Source of the DNA: an uncultured Chloroflexota bacterium
Lineage (GTDB): Bacteria > Chloroflexota > Limnocylindria > Limnocylindrales > Limnocylindraceae
Assembly (NCBI GenBank): GCA_964430115.1
Contig: CAYSEM010000002.1
Location: forward strand, 1 to 43,269
Direction: 5' to 3'
DNA: 43,269 bases
The position numbers and the translations under genes were made by a program. Every line of letters starts with the position of its first letter. Position 1 is the stretch's first letter. Below, piece by piece: positions 1-7,599 of this stretch. The notes under the pieces were generated by a model. It saw only the letters and a list, made by a program, of their open reading frames with translations. It was not told where the DNA came from and ran no database searches.

Positions 1-40
1 CATCATCGCGGTCTGACACTCGTGTTGCCCTCGTGGGCAG

Positions 41-80
41 GAGAGGCCGGTCCCTCTGGGGGCCGGCTTCTCGCTTCTCT
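41..80 (+). terminator. Candidate intrinsic terminator for a gene ending just upstream of the window (in-frame TGA at 14-16)
   Basis: Positions 41-54 pair with 59-72 to give 14 consecutive pairs (two are G-T wobbles) around a TCTG tetraloop. A pyrimidine/T-enriched tract (GCTTCTCT) follows. The U-tract is weak. Confidence 0.45.
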
Positions 81-81
81 G

Positions 82-87
82 TAGGAT
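82..87 (+). promoter_or_regulatory. Candidate -10 hexamer TAGGAT for the 129-971 gene
   Basis: TANNNT-type hexamer directly after the hairpin, about 41 nt before the ATG at 129. The leader contains GGAAGGGAAGGGA as a possible ribosome-binding site. The same TAGGAT hexamer recurs at 5273, 40695 and 40722. Confidence 0.3.
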
Positions 88-128
88 TCAGCAAGAGGGA
101 TCCAATCTGGCGGAAGGGAAGGGACTAG

Positions 129-971
129 ATGCGGGTGCATCAAGCGATCGCGGCGTTCTCACTTGCAAGCCTGATGCTGCTTTCGGCGGGGCCTGCACTT
201 GCCCATCAGCCCGTGGTCGTCGACAGCGACACGACCGAGGTCGTTGACCCCGAGATCTCGAAGGCCTATTACGGCTTGCTCTCCGGTACAGCACACACCT
301 ACGTGATCACGTCCGAGGTTGAGTTCAACCTCTACGTTGGAATTCTCGTGCCCGATAGCGAGACGCCGAAACGGGATGTGAAGGCGGAGATCTTCCGCGG
401 CGACGAACTGGTGGAGAGCCTCGGCGGAGTCGACGCGAAGTGGGTGACCTTCTACGAGCCTTTCGCGCAGAACACCTATTGGGATGGCGGTGAATTCCGC
501 CTTCGTGCAGCGCCCGGGGTTTACTCCGTACGGATCTCAAGTCCGGACAACGCGAGCAAGTACTCACTCGCGATCGGTGAGATTGAGTATTTCGGGCTTG
601 AAGACCGAGCCAACGCTCTCGCCGTCCTTCCAGGCATTCAGCAGGAGTTCTTCGGGTTGTCTGCGTACGAGCTTGTCGGCACGCGTTACGGACTGATCAG
701 TCTCCTCGTGATTTATGCTGCCGCGCTGATTGCTGCGCTGCTCTACACGGTGATCCTGCGCCGACCTCTCGTTCGTTTGATTGGCGGACGCCTGCGGGGG
801 ATCGACAAGCGCATTCGCATGGCAGCTGCGGTCGCGCTGTTTGTCGCCGCGATCACAACAACGTGGAGTCCGCTGCTGCTCTTCGCCTCAGGGGTGCTGC
901 TCTTTGAGGCACTCTTCAGTCGGCCTGGAGTGGCGCAGCCCAATAGGGGCCGAAGCACGCCGCTGCGCTAG
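129..971 (+). CDS. Exported, membrane-anchored protein of unknown function
   Basis: 280-aa ORF. N-terminal signal peptide (AAFSLASLMLLSAGPALA/HQP), a soluble domain of roughly 170 aa, then three hydrophobic segments near the C-terminus. Purine-rich ribosome-binding site upstream. I do not recognise the family. Confidence 0.75.
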   Translation: MRVHQAIAAFSLASLMLLSAGPALAHQPVVVDSDTTEVVDPEISKAYYGLLSGTAHTYVITSEVEFNLYVGILVPDSETPKRDVKAEIFRGDELVESLGGVDAKWVTFYEPFAQNTYWDGGEFRLRAAPGVYSVRISSPDNASKYSLAIGEIEYFGLEDRANALAVLPGIQQEFFGLSAYELVGTRYGLISLLVIYAAALIAALLYTVILRRPLVRLIGGRLRGIDKRIRMAAAVALFVAAITTTWSPLLLFASGVLLFEALFSRPGVAQPNRGRSTPLR

Positions 972-2545
972 GAGATCTGCCCCGCCTCGCTCGGTGGGAG
1001 GGGGAGTCCGAGGCGCTTCAGGATGGTGCGGCTGGCGATGTAGCCCGAGAGCATGACGAGCGGGATGCCGCCGCCAGGCTGTGAGCCGCCACCGGCGAAG
1101 AACGCGTTGGCGACGTCTGGCGAAGCGTTGGCGGGGCGGAAGTAGGCGCTCTGGAAGAAGCTCGCAGCTAAGGCAAAGATGGAGCCGTCGTGGCAGTACT
1201 GCTCGCGCTCAAACTCGAGCGGCGTCCAGTCGGCCTGCTCTTCAATCTCTTCAGGCTTCAGGCCCGTGCGCTCGCAGACGCGCTTGATGGTTGCGGCGCG
1301 GTACTCGTCACGGTGCTCCTCCCACCAGCGTCGATCCTTCAGCGGCGGAACTGGTGTCAACACGTAGAGCGCGGTGCGGCTACTGAGCCGTGCGGTTGGA
1401 TCTGTTGCCGCTACATGCTGGATGTAGAGCGTGGGATCGCCGCTCGGCACGGGTGAGCTGATGATGCGGTCAAGTTCGTCGTTCGGGTTCTCGGGGTGCC
1501 AGACGGTGTGATGGGCGAGGTCCGGGAAGGTGCGCTTCACGCCGAGGTGCAGGATGTAGGCGCTCGATGACGGCGTTATGCTCTTGAAGCGCTGCCGACT
1601 GAGCGCGCCGAGGTTTTCTTCGCCAATCAGATCACGATTGGCGTGGACGATATCTGCATTGAAGAGGAACGCATCCGCCTCAATGCGTTCTTCACCAGGC
1701 TGATTTGGCGCGGCGGGACCTGTGCCGAGCGTTCGAGGGTGCGCACTACGCGGCGCGATGCGGAGAGCGCTGATGCGCTTGTTGCTGATGACGCTCCCGA
1801 TTGCATCGGTGCCATAGCGGAACTCCACGCCGAGTCGGCGGGCGAGCCGCTCCATGGCGAGTGGCGCTTCATGCATGCCACCCTGCGGATGCCAGGTGCC
1901 GAACTTCGCTTCGATGTACGGGATGGAGAGGAAGGCACCAGGGACGCTCTGCGGCGTGGAGCCCAAGTAGATGGACTTGTAGCGCATCACGTGACGAATG
2001 CGTTCGTCGTGGAATGTCGCGTTGATGCGGCGACTGTACGGCGTGGCCGCATCGAGACGAATCCCTGCGAGCCACGACATCGGCGCAAGGAGGCTCAAGG
2101 GACTGAGCGTCTTGCGGAAGAAGGTCTGATCTAGTTCGCGCCAGAGCTTCTCGCCGCGACGCATGAAGGCGGGGATCCCCGCCGCGTCGCGTGGGTCGAG
2201 TGCACCGAAGCTCGCGGCGAGTTTGGTGAGATCGCTTGATGTTTCCAAGACGCTGCCGTCTGCAAAGAAGGTGCGCGACGCTGGCTCAACGGGGAGGAGG
2301 CGCAGATCGTCGCTGCGCGTTGCGCCAGCGGCGGACCAGAGCTGATCGAAGAGTTCGGGGAGCGTGAAGATTGTGGGACCGCTATCCCAACGATACGGAC
2401 CGATCTCTCGACGCCCCATCTTGCCGCCAGGACGAGTGCCCCGCTCGATGACGGTGACGTGGACGCCGGCGGCGGCGAGACGGATGGCACTGGCGAGGCC
2501 GGCGAGTCCGGCGCCCACAACAACGACGCGCTTCGCTGCGGTCAC
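968..2545 (-). CDS. Phytoene desaturase-family (CrtI/CrtD-like) FAD-dependent oxidoreductase
   Basis: 525 aa. N-terminal dinucleotide-binding fold VVVVGAGLAGLASAIRLAAAGVHVTVIERGTRPGGK. C-terminal FFAGGGSQPGGGIPLVMLSG is typical of the CrtI family. GTG start overlaps the upstream stop as GTGA. Confidence 0.85.
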   Translation of the reverse strand: MTAAKRVVVVGAGLAGLASAIRLAAAGVHVTVIERGTRPGGKMGRREIGPYRWDSGPTIFTLPELFDQLWSAAGATRSDDLRLLPVEPASRTFFADGSVLETSSDLTKLAASFGALDPRDAAGIPAFMRRGEKLWRELDQTFFRKTLSPLSLLAPMSWLAGIRLDAATPYSRRINATFHDERIRHVMRYKSIYLGSTPQSVPGAFLSIPYIEAKFGTWHPQGGMHEAPLAMERLARRLGVEFRYGTDAIGSVISNKRISALRIAPRSAHPRTLGTGPAAPNQPGEERIEADAFLFNADIVHANRDLIGEENLGALSRQRFKSITPSSSAYILHLGVKRTFPDLAHHTVWHPENPNDELDRIISSPVPSGDPTLYIQHVAATDPTARLSSRTALYVLTPVPPLKDRRWWEEHRDEYRAATIKRVCERTGLKPEEIEEQADWTPLEFEREQYCHDGSIFALAASFFQSAYFRPANASPDVANAFFAGGGSQPGGGIPLVMLSGYIASRTILKRLGLPLPPSEAGQIS

Positions 2546-3480
2546 GCTCGTTGACGTGCGCGGAGTAGGGATCGACCCACAGATGCGCCGAGTGCGATTA
2601 GCGTGCCGACGATTGCGGTAGCACCAGCGGCAACCGCTGACTCAAATGGGACTTGGAGCATCACCAGCATCGTGATGAAGGCGCCGATCACCACGTTCGT
2701 GATCAAAAAGAGTCTGTAGAGGCGTCGCCCTGCCTCGCCAGTGGCGTCGCGGCCGATCAGCGAGAGCGAAAGGTAGGGGAGGGCGAGGGCGGCGGCGAGT
2801 GGTGTACCAGCAAGGCCCGCTGCACCAGCACCGACGAGGGCAAACCAGGCGGCGGAGAAGAGCGCGGTGTTCCGACGCCCAAGCAAGACGGCAATGGTGC
2901 GCACGCCAGCGGCGGCATCTTCATCGCGATCCGTGATGGTGGTGAGTGCATGCGCGCCGATCCCCCAGGCGGCAAAGACGAGCACCTGTGGCGCGATCAG
3001 TTCAGTGCCACCGGCAGCATGAATGCCAACCTGGAGTGGGATGGCGTAGAGGACGTTCGTGAGTGAATCGAGGATCGGTCGCCCCTTCAAACGCGTGGGT
3101 GGTGCGTTGTACGCAGCCGAGAGGAGGAGGAGAAGGCCGAGCGAGGCGAGCGTGAGTGGCGGGAACTGGACGGCGGTGAAGGCGAGGAACGGGAGAAGGA
3201 GGAGTGTGCTGATGATCGCGTGCTGCGCGAGAAGCGGCTTCGGCGTCAGCGCACCCTCAACGCCGCCTTTGCGCGGGTTGCGCGCGTCAGTCTCAAAGTC
3301 GAAGTAGTCGTTCGGCGCGTGGAGAAAGTAGTTATAGGGGAAGAGGAAGAAGGCGAAGAGGACCAGGTCGCTCGGCTGAACTGCGCCGCGCGTAGCGAGG
3401 ATGCCCCAGAGGAGCGGCATTGATGTGTTGAGCCAGAGGAGTGGGCGCGAGATCTCCACCGCCTTGATCAAGTTCTTCAT
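2542..3480 (-). CDS. UbiA-family aromatic/isoprenoid prenyltransferase (polytopic membrane protein)
   Basis: Both Asp-rich motifs are present: NDYFDFETD (NxxxDxxxD) and DRDEDAAAG. Multiple TM helices. I start it at the internal ATG (MKNLIKAVEISRPLLW) at 3480, not the track start at 3639, because the upstream extension is R/S/P-rich and a TACGAT hexamer lies 6 nt upstream of this ATG. Confidence 0.85.
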   Translation of the reverse strand: MKNLIKAVEISRPLLWLNTSMPLLWGILATRGAVQPSDLVLFAFFLFPYNYFLHAPNDYFDFETDARNPRKGGVEGALTPKPLLAQHAIISTLLLLPFLAFTAVQFPPLTLASLGLLLLLSAAYNAPPTRLKGRPILDSLTNVLYAIPLQVGIHAAGGTELIAPQVLVFAAWGIGAHALTTITDRDEDAAAGVRTIAVLLGRRNTALFSAAWFALVGAGAAGLAGTPLAAALALPYLSLSLIGRDATGEAGRRLYRLFLITNVVIGAFITMLVMLQVPFESAVAAGATAIVGTLIALGASVGRSLLRARQRA

Positions 3481-3486
3481 AGGTCC

Positions 3487-3492
3487 ATCGTA
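3487..3492 (-). promoter_or_regulatory. Candidate -10 hexamer (TACGAT on the minus strand), 6 nt upstream of the ATG at 3480; implies a leaderless transcript
   Basis: Plus strand reads ATCGTA at 3487-3492, followed by a 6-nt gap (3481-3486) and then the start codon. No Shine-Dalgarno sequence. Confidence 0.4.
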
Positions 3493-3501
3493 GGGGAGCG
3501 G

Positions 3502-3529
3502 GCTACACTTAGTTCCTGATGTGTGTAGC
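3502..3529. repeat. 7-bp inverted repeat GCTACAC-N14-GTGTAGC in the divergent control region
   Basis: GCTACAC at 3502-3508 and GTGTAGC at 3523-3529. The right arm overlaps the first candidate GTG start (3521) of the J-domain gene. Confidence 0.5.
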
Positions 3530-4249
3530 TGTGAGTTCCACGTGAGGCGGGGGGCGCGGAGCCCGCACGAAGTGCTCGGCCTGGCGCCAGGTGCGTCCGC
3601 TGAGGAGATTCGATCTGCGCGGCGCAGCCTCGCCCGCACGCATCACCCGGACAACTTCTCCGACGACGCTGCTGGGGCGCGCAAGGCGACGCGCGAGATG
3701 GCACTGATCAATGCCGCCGTGGAGGCGCTGCTTGCCGAGGCGTGGGTCTCTGAGGATCCGGCGACGACGCCGCCCCCGCGCGGTGGCCATCGACCAGCGG
3801 CGCCCGTGACGGGACGCGTGGAGTTCACGCAGCCGCCAAAATTCAATGCGCGGACAAGTGAACCAACCAGCGTCAACTGGCGACCTGAGGCGGAGTGGCC
3901 GACTCGGCGGGCCCCCGAAGTGAACGTGCCACGTGTGGGAACTCCGGCTGGACCGGTGCGCCGTCGCGTCGATCCAGAGGTTGCGGCGCGCCCACGCATC
4001 TCGCTTGAAGCGGCGCGCGCGGTGCGATTCACATTCGGTCGATACGCGGGTGCCACCGTGGATGCGGTTGGCCGACGCGATCCTGGCTATCTAGCCTGGT
4101 GCGTGGACAACGTGCGTCGTGATCCTGAGCTTGCACAGGCGGCCGACTGCGTCCTCAACCATCTCGCAGAAGAGTTTGGTGTCACGCGTCCGGTACGCGG
4201 CAGCCTCTTCCGACCGTCGCCGGTTGCGTTTGATGGAGGTGCTGACTGA
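3521..4249 (+). CDS. J-domain (DnaJ-like) protein with a C-terminal DUF3820/ExoX-C-terminal-like module
   Basis: J-domain signature HEVLGLAPGASAEEIRSARRSLARTHHPDN, including the HPD motif. The C-terminal FTFGRYAGATVDAVGRRDPGYLAWCVDN resembles the DUF3820 pattern. The true start may be the GTG at 3542. Confidence 0.8.
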   Translation: MCSCEFHVRRGARSPHEVLGLAPGASAEEIRSARRSLARTHHPDNFSDDAAGARKATREMALINAAVEALLAEAWVSEDPATTPPPRGGHRPAAPVTGRVEFTQPPKFNARTSEPTSVNWRPEAEWPTRRAPEVNVPRVGTPAGPVRRRVDPEVAARPRISLEAARAVRFTFGRYAGATVDAVGRRDPGYLAWCVDNVRRDPELAQAADCVLNHLAEEFGVTRPVRGSLFRPSPVAFDGGAD

Positions 4250-4836
4250 TGGCGCATGCACGGATTGCACTGCTTCTCCTCGCCTCACTGCTGATCACGG
4301 CGTGTGCGCCGAGCACTCCTCCTGACGGCTCACTCCCATGTGATCCGACAATTGATGTGCAGCGCGCGGTAGGGTTTGATCTGGCGCTTGAGGCTACGAT
4401 CCCTGTTGCCGCATTCAGTGAGACGCCGAGCGAGATTGACTCAGGGCGTGAGTGCTCGGAGAAGCGTCTCGGCCCGCTCTGGGGATCTGGCGTGCGCGAG
4501 CTGCGCTCCGCTGGCGCGCTTTATGAGCGAGACGGCCTGACTGGCTTCTCTGTTGTGACCTATCAAGGTTCGGGCCTGACGCTCGACGCGCTTGCATTCG
4601 CCTTTGAGCGCGGTGCAGCAACCGGACGCAAGACACAAGACATTCGGATTGAGTCAGTGCAGGTTGGCGCGTGGGAGGGGAGTCGAATGACGCTGCTCAA
4701 CGGTGATAAGCGTCAAGTGATCGTGCTCTTTCAGGTTGCGAGCGAGAGTGATCGGGTGCGCGGACTGCTGACGTCTGATCTCTCAAATGCGGAGATCGAT
4801 GATCTCCTCGCGAGATACGAGTCCGCGTTGCGCTAG
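4249..4836 (+). CDS. Lipoprotein of unknown function
   Basis: Signal peptide ending in the lipobox LLITAC. Its ATG overlaps the upstream stop (TGATG). Confidence 0.7.
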   Translation: MAHARIALLLLASLLITACAPSTPPDGSLPCDPTIDVQRAVGFDLALEATIPVAAFSETPSEIDSGRECSEKRLGPLWGSGVRELRSAGALYERDGLTGFSVVTYQGSGLTLDALAFAFERGAATGRKTQDIRIESVQVGAWEGSRMTLLNGDKRQVIVLFQVASESDRVRGLLTSDLSNAEIDDLLARYESALR

Positions 4837-4843
4837 CGCAGCG

Positions 4844-5182
4844 CTACTTGGCGGCGAGCTCCTTGAGCCCGAATCGCGCCTCAAGCTGCTCAGCGGTCTG
4901 GAATCCCACGGCGCCAACTGGCTGCGCGCCAGCCCCCTTGAAGAAGGCGATCGTTGGGATGGACATGATGTTGAAGGCGCGCTGCAGGCTTGGGTTCTCG
5001 TCAACGTTGACCTTCACGATGTCAACCGCGCCGTCATACTGCGCGGCGAGCTTCTCGAGCTCTGGGGCGACGAGTTTGCATGGGCCACACCAAGGCGCCC
5101 AGAAGTCCACGATCACTGGTCGTGGTGAGTTGGCGACATCCGCCTCAAACGACGCGTCCGTGGTGTGCTTGATCTCCGCCAT
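4844..5182 (-). CDS. trxA: Thioredoxin
   Basis: WCGPC active site within VIVDFWAPWCGPCKLVAPE. 112 aa from MAEIKH. GGAGG lies about 11 nt upstream. The longer track ORF (to 5497) is an unlikely N-terminal extension. Confidence 0.9.
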   Translation of the reverse strand: MAEIKHTTDASFEADVANSPRPVIVDFWAPWCGPCKLVAPELEKLAAQYDGAVDIVKVNVDENPSLQRAFNIMSIPTIAFFKGAGAQPVGAVGFQTAEQLEARFGLKELAAK

Positions 5183-5272
5183 CTCTGACTTCGCCTCCAC
5201 TCTCAGCGGCGTGCCGCCGCCGTACGCCCTCATTCTACCGACCTTCCGCTCCGAGGGTGCTGGGAGGCGGGG

Positions 5273-5278
5273 TAGGAT
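5273..5278 (+). promoter_or_regulatory. Candidate -10 hexamer TAGGAT, 6 nt upstream of the ATG at 5285 (leaderless)
   Basis: TAGGAT, then GAGGAG, then ATG. The purine run abuts the start codon, so it cannot act as a spaced Shine-Dalgarno sequence. Confidence 0.4.
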
Positions 5279-5284
5279 GAGGAG

Positions 5285-5692
5285 ATGACTGAACGAACGG
5301 CACCGATCCGAGTCCTGATCGCAAAGCCTGGCCTCGACGGCCATGATCGTGGCGCGAAGGTGCTCGCGCGCGGCTTGCGCGACGAAGGGTTTGAGGTGAT
5401 CTACACGGGCATCCGACGCACCACGGAGGCGATCATCGGCGCCGCCATTGAAGAGGATGTGGATGTGGTCGGCTGTTCGATCCTCTCTGGCGCACACGCG
5501 ACGCTCCTCCCGAAAGTGGTCGCTGGACTCCGGGAGGCGGGGGCGGCCGACGTGCTGGTGGTCGCGGGTGGAATCATTCCAGAAGAGGATCGCGCTGGAC
5601 TCGAGGCGGCTGGCATCTCTGCGATCTTCGGCCCAGGGAGCACGATTGCGGAGATCGCCACGTACCTGCGCGCCAATGTCCGACGCCGCTAG
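5285..5692 (+). CDS. Cobalamin (B12)-binding domain protein, the small subunit of an acyl-CoA mutase (methylmalonyl-/isobutyryl-CoA mutase type)
   Basis: IRVLIAKPGLDGHDRGAKVLARGLRDEGFEVIYTG carries the DxHxxG B12-binding motif. At 135 aa it is the B12 domain only. Confidence 0.9.
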   Translation: MTERTAPIRVLIAKPGLDGHDRGAKVLARGLRDEGFEVIYTGIRRTTEAIIGAAIEEDVDVVGCSILSGAHATLLPKVVAGLREAGAADVLVVAGGIIPEEDRAGLEAAGISAIFGPGSTIAEIATYLRANVRRR

Positions 5693-6599
5693 TCCGCGCG
5701 GCGCAGCCCTGCGCAGTGCGCGAGAGCTTGCGCAGGCGATCAGCAGTGTGGAGCGCGGAGGCGCGAGCGCCGACTCGTTGATTCAAGAGGCGCTTGCCCA
5801 GCTTGCAACGGTTACAGGTCCCGCTGCGCGTGTGATCGGCGTCACCGGTCCTCCAGGTGCGGGGAAGAGCACACTCGTTGGCGCACTCGCGGATCGCGCG
5901 CGCGAGGAGGGGCGACGTGTCGCGATCCTCGCGGTTGATCCATCGTCGGCGGTGAGTGGTGGCGCGTTACTTGGAGATCGCGTGCGCGTAGAGGAACGTC
6001 CAGATGATGATGGTCGCTTCATGCGTTCCATCGCGACGCGGGGGAGCGGGCGGTCGCTCTCGCACGCCGCCGCCGCCGCATCGCTGCTGATTGAGGCGGC
6101 AGGATTTGATCTCCTGTTTATTGAGACGGTTGGCGCAGGCCAGGCCGATCTTGGCATCGTGCGACTCGCCGATCTCGTCCTGTTAGTTGAAGGGCCAGAG
6201 GGTGGAGACGAGGTGCAGGCAATGAAGGCGGGGCTGCTCGAGTCTGCCGATCTCGTGGTCGTGAACAAGGGAGATCGTCCCGGTGCAGATCGCGCCGTTG
6301 AGCGTCTTCGCTCCGGACTCGCGCTCGGCGCTGATGCGCCAGAGGTGTTGCTCACGTCAGCAACCGAAGGGACCGGCGTCACGGAATTGCTCCGCGCCTT
6401 GGATGCCGCTCTGCTCCGTCCGGGGCGAGGGGGACGCGCACGCCGAGTCGCGGCGCACCTTGCAGCGGCGGTTGAGGCGCGCGCCGCAGAGAGACTGCGC
6501 GCAGCAGAGGCGGACGGTCGGCTTGAGGCGTTGGCACGTGGCATCACTGACGGCCTCCGCCCGCTGAGTGGGGCAGTGGACGAACTTCTACAGGGATGA
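5676..6599 (+). CDS. meaB: MeaB/ArgK-type G3E GTPase (mutase chaperone)
   Basis: Walker A GVTGPPGAGKSTL, plus DPSS, ETVGAGQ and NKGD motifs. I start it at the internal ATG (MSDAASP), which overlaps the upstream gene by 17 nt. Confidence 0.9.
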   Translation: MSDAASPRGAALRSARELAQAISSVERGGASADSLIQEALAQLATVTGPAARVIGVTGPPGAGKSTLVGALADRAREEGRRVAILAVDPSSAVSGGALLGDRVRVEERPDDDGRFMRSIATRGSGRSLSHAAAAASLLIEAAGFDLLFIETVGAGQADLGIVRLADLVLLVEGPEGGDEVQAMKAGLLESADLVVVNKGDRPGADRAVERLRSGLALGADAPEVLLTSATEGTGVTELLRALDAALLRPGRGGRARRVAAHLAAAVEARAAERLRAAEADGRLEALARGITDGLRPLSGAVDELLQG

Positions 6600-7543
6600 G
6601 CGCGCGACTGTTAATCAGCGCACTACTTGGCGGCACACTTGCCTTCGTTGCGGGAGTTGGCGGTCCAGGGCTCGCCGCAAACGCAACCCTTCCGTCCCCC
6701 CTGCGCATTGGTGGCGCTGAAGCGAGCGCGCCGCTGATCGATCTTGTGGTCCTTGGGGACAGCTATGCATCTGCCGCAACTCCGTTCGACCGCGGCTCGC
6801 TCAACCTGCTTGGCGCTCCAAGCGTCTGTGCGCGCGGTCCAGCGTGGCCGCGACTTCTTGATCCATCTTCGGTGCGCATTTCGCTCACGCACGTTTCGTG
6901 CAGCGGCGCCATGATCCCAGATCTTCTTGACCGCAGGATGCGTGCAGCGGAGCCAGTGCAGGTGCATGCGCTCAATGAAGCAACTGATCTGGTGATGCTC
7001 GCCATTGGAGGAAACGACACGGGGTTCAGTGAGGTCTTCTCCGCTTGCCGCTTCGAGTCTCCGGAGCAGTGCGCTGAGGTTGCTGCACGCGTCTCCCCGC
7101 GCGTTGATGCACTCACGGGAAGTCTGGTTCGCCTCTATCAGGAGGTGTTGCGCCGGGCGCCCAACGCGTTGGTGATCGTTGTCCTCTACGCCGATTCACT
7201 TCCCAGCGCTGGCACCCCTGGCCTTGATGCATGCGAGAGCCTGCGGGCCCCAGGCGACGAACTCTCTGATGCCGACCTGCTCGTGATTGAGGAGTGGGGC
7301 CGAGCGATCAGTGCCAGCGTGGCGAAGGCGATCGCCGCGGTGGCCGATCCGCGCGTGCAGGTGGCCGATCTTTCCGATGCGTTCGCAGGGCACCGCATCT
7401 GTGCGGACGAGCCGTGGCAGTGGGGGCGAGATGGCGCCATTCCATTTCACCCGAACGCGGCTGGTCACGCCGCAGTTGCGGTGCGTCTCACGCAGCTGCT
7501 CGACCAGTTGGCCGCTTCGGGGGCGATCCCAGGGGCGGAGTAG
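6596..7543 (+). CDS. Secreted SGNH/GDSL-family hydrolase (lipase/esterase-like)
   Basis: Signal peptide. Block I VVLGDSYAS, block III AIGGNDTGF, block V FHPNAAGH. ATGA overlap with the meaB stop. Confidence 0.8.
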   Translation: MSARLLISALLGGTLAFVAGVGGPGLAANATLPSPLRIGGAEASAPLIDLVVLGDSYASAATPFDRGSLNLLGAPSVCARGPAWPRLLDPSSVRISLTHVSCSGAMIPDLLDRRMRAAEPVQVHALNEATDLVMLAIGGNDTGFSEVFSACRFESPEQCAEVAARVSPRVDALTGSLVRLYQEVLRRAPNALVIVVLYADSLPSAGTPGLDACESLRAPGDELSDADLLVIEEWGRAISASVAKAIAAVADPRVQVADLSDAFAGHRICADEPWQWGRDGAIPFHPNAAGHAAVAVRLTQLLDQLAASGAIPGAE

Positions 7544-7599
7544 TTCCCCCCGCGCTACGTCCCGTGCGGCCAGCGCCGCCCTCCACTATCCTTCCGCGT

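Noticed and set aside
3481-3639. N-terminal 53-aa extension of the UbiA ORF (track start at 3639)
   Set aside because: The extension is R/S/P-rich, overlaps the J-domain gene on the other strand, and the internal ATG at 3480 has a -10-like hexamer at leaderless spacing.
5183-5284. Cobalamin riboswitch upstream of the B12-domain/meaB genes
   Set aside because: The region is only about 100 nt and is shared with the trxA promoter. I see no B12-box-like core, and the gene appears leaderless.
5183-5497. N-terminal 105-aa extension of the thioredoxin ORF (track start at 5497)
   Set aside because: Thioredoxin is complete from MAEIKH, with GGAGG upstream. The extension would overlap the divergent B12-domain gene and its promoter.
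5783-6547. 254-aa minus-strand ORF antisense to meaB. Similar cases: 10883-11974 (carB), 30207-30923 (clpP), 31200-32518 (clpX), 40650-41327 (speB), 41773-42399 (methyltransferase), 27382-28038, 9124-9795
   Set aside because: All are Ala/Arg/Ser/Pro-rich mirror-frame ORFs opposite genes with strong motif support. This is the typical high-GC artefact.
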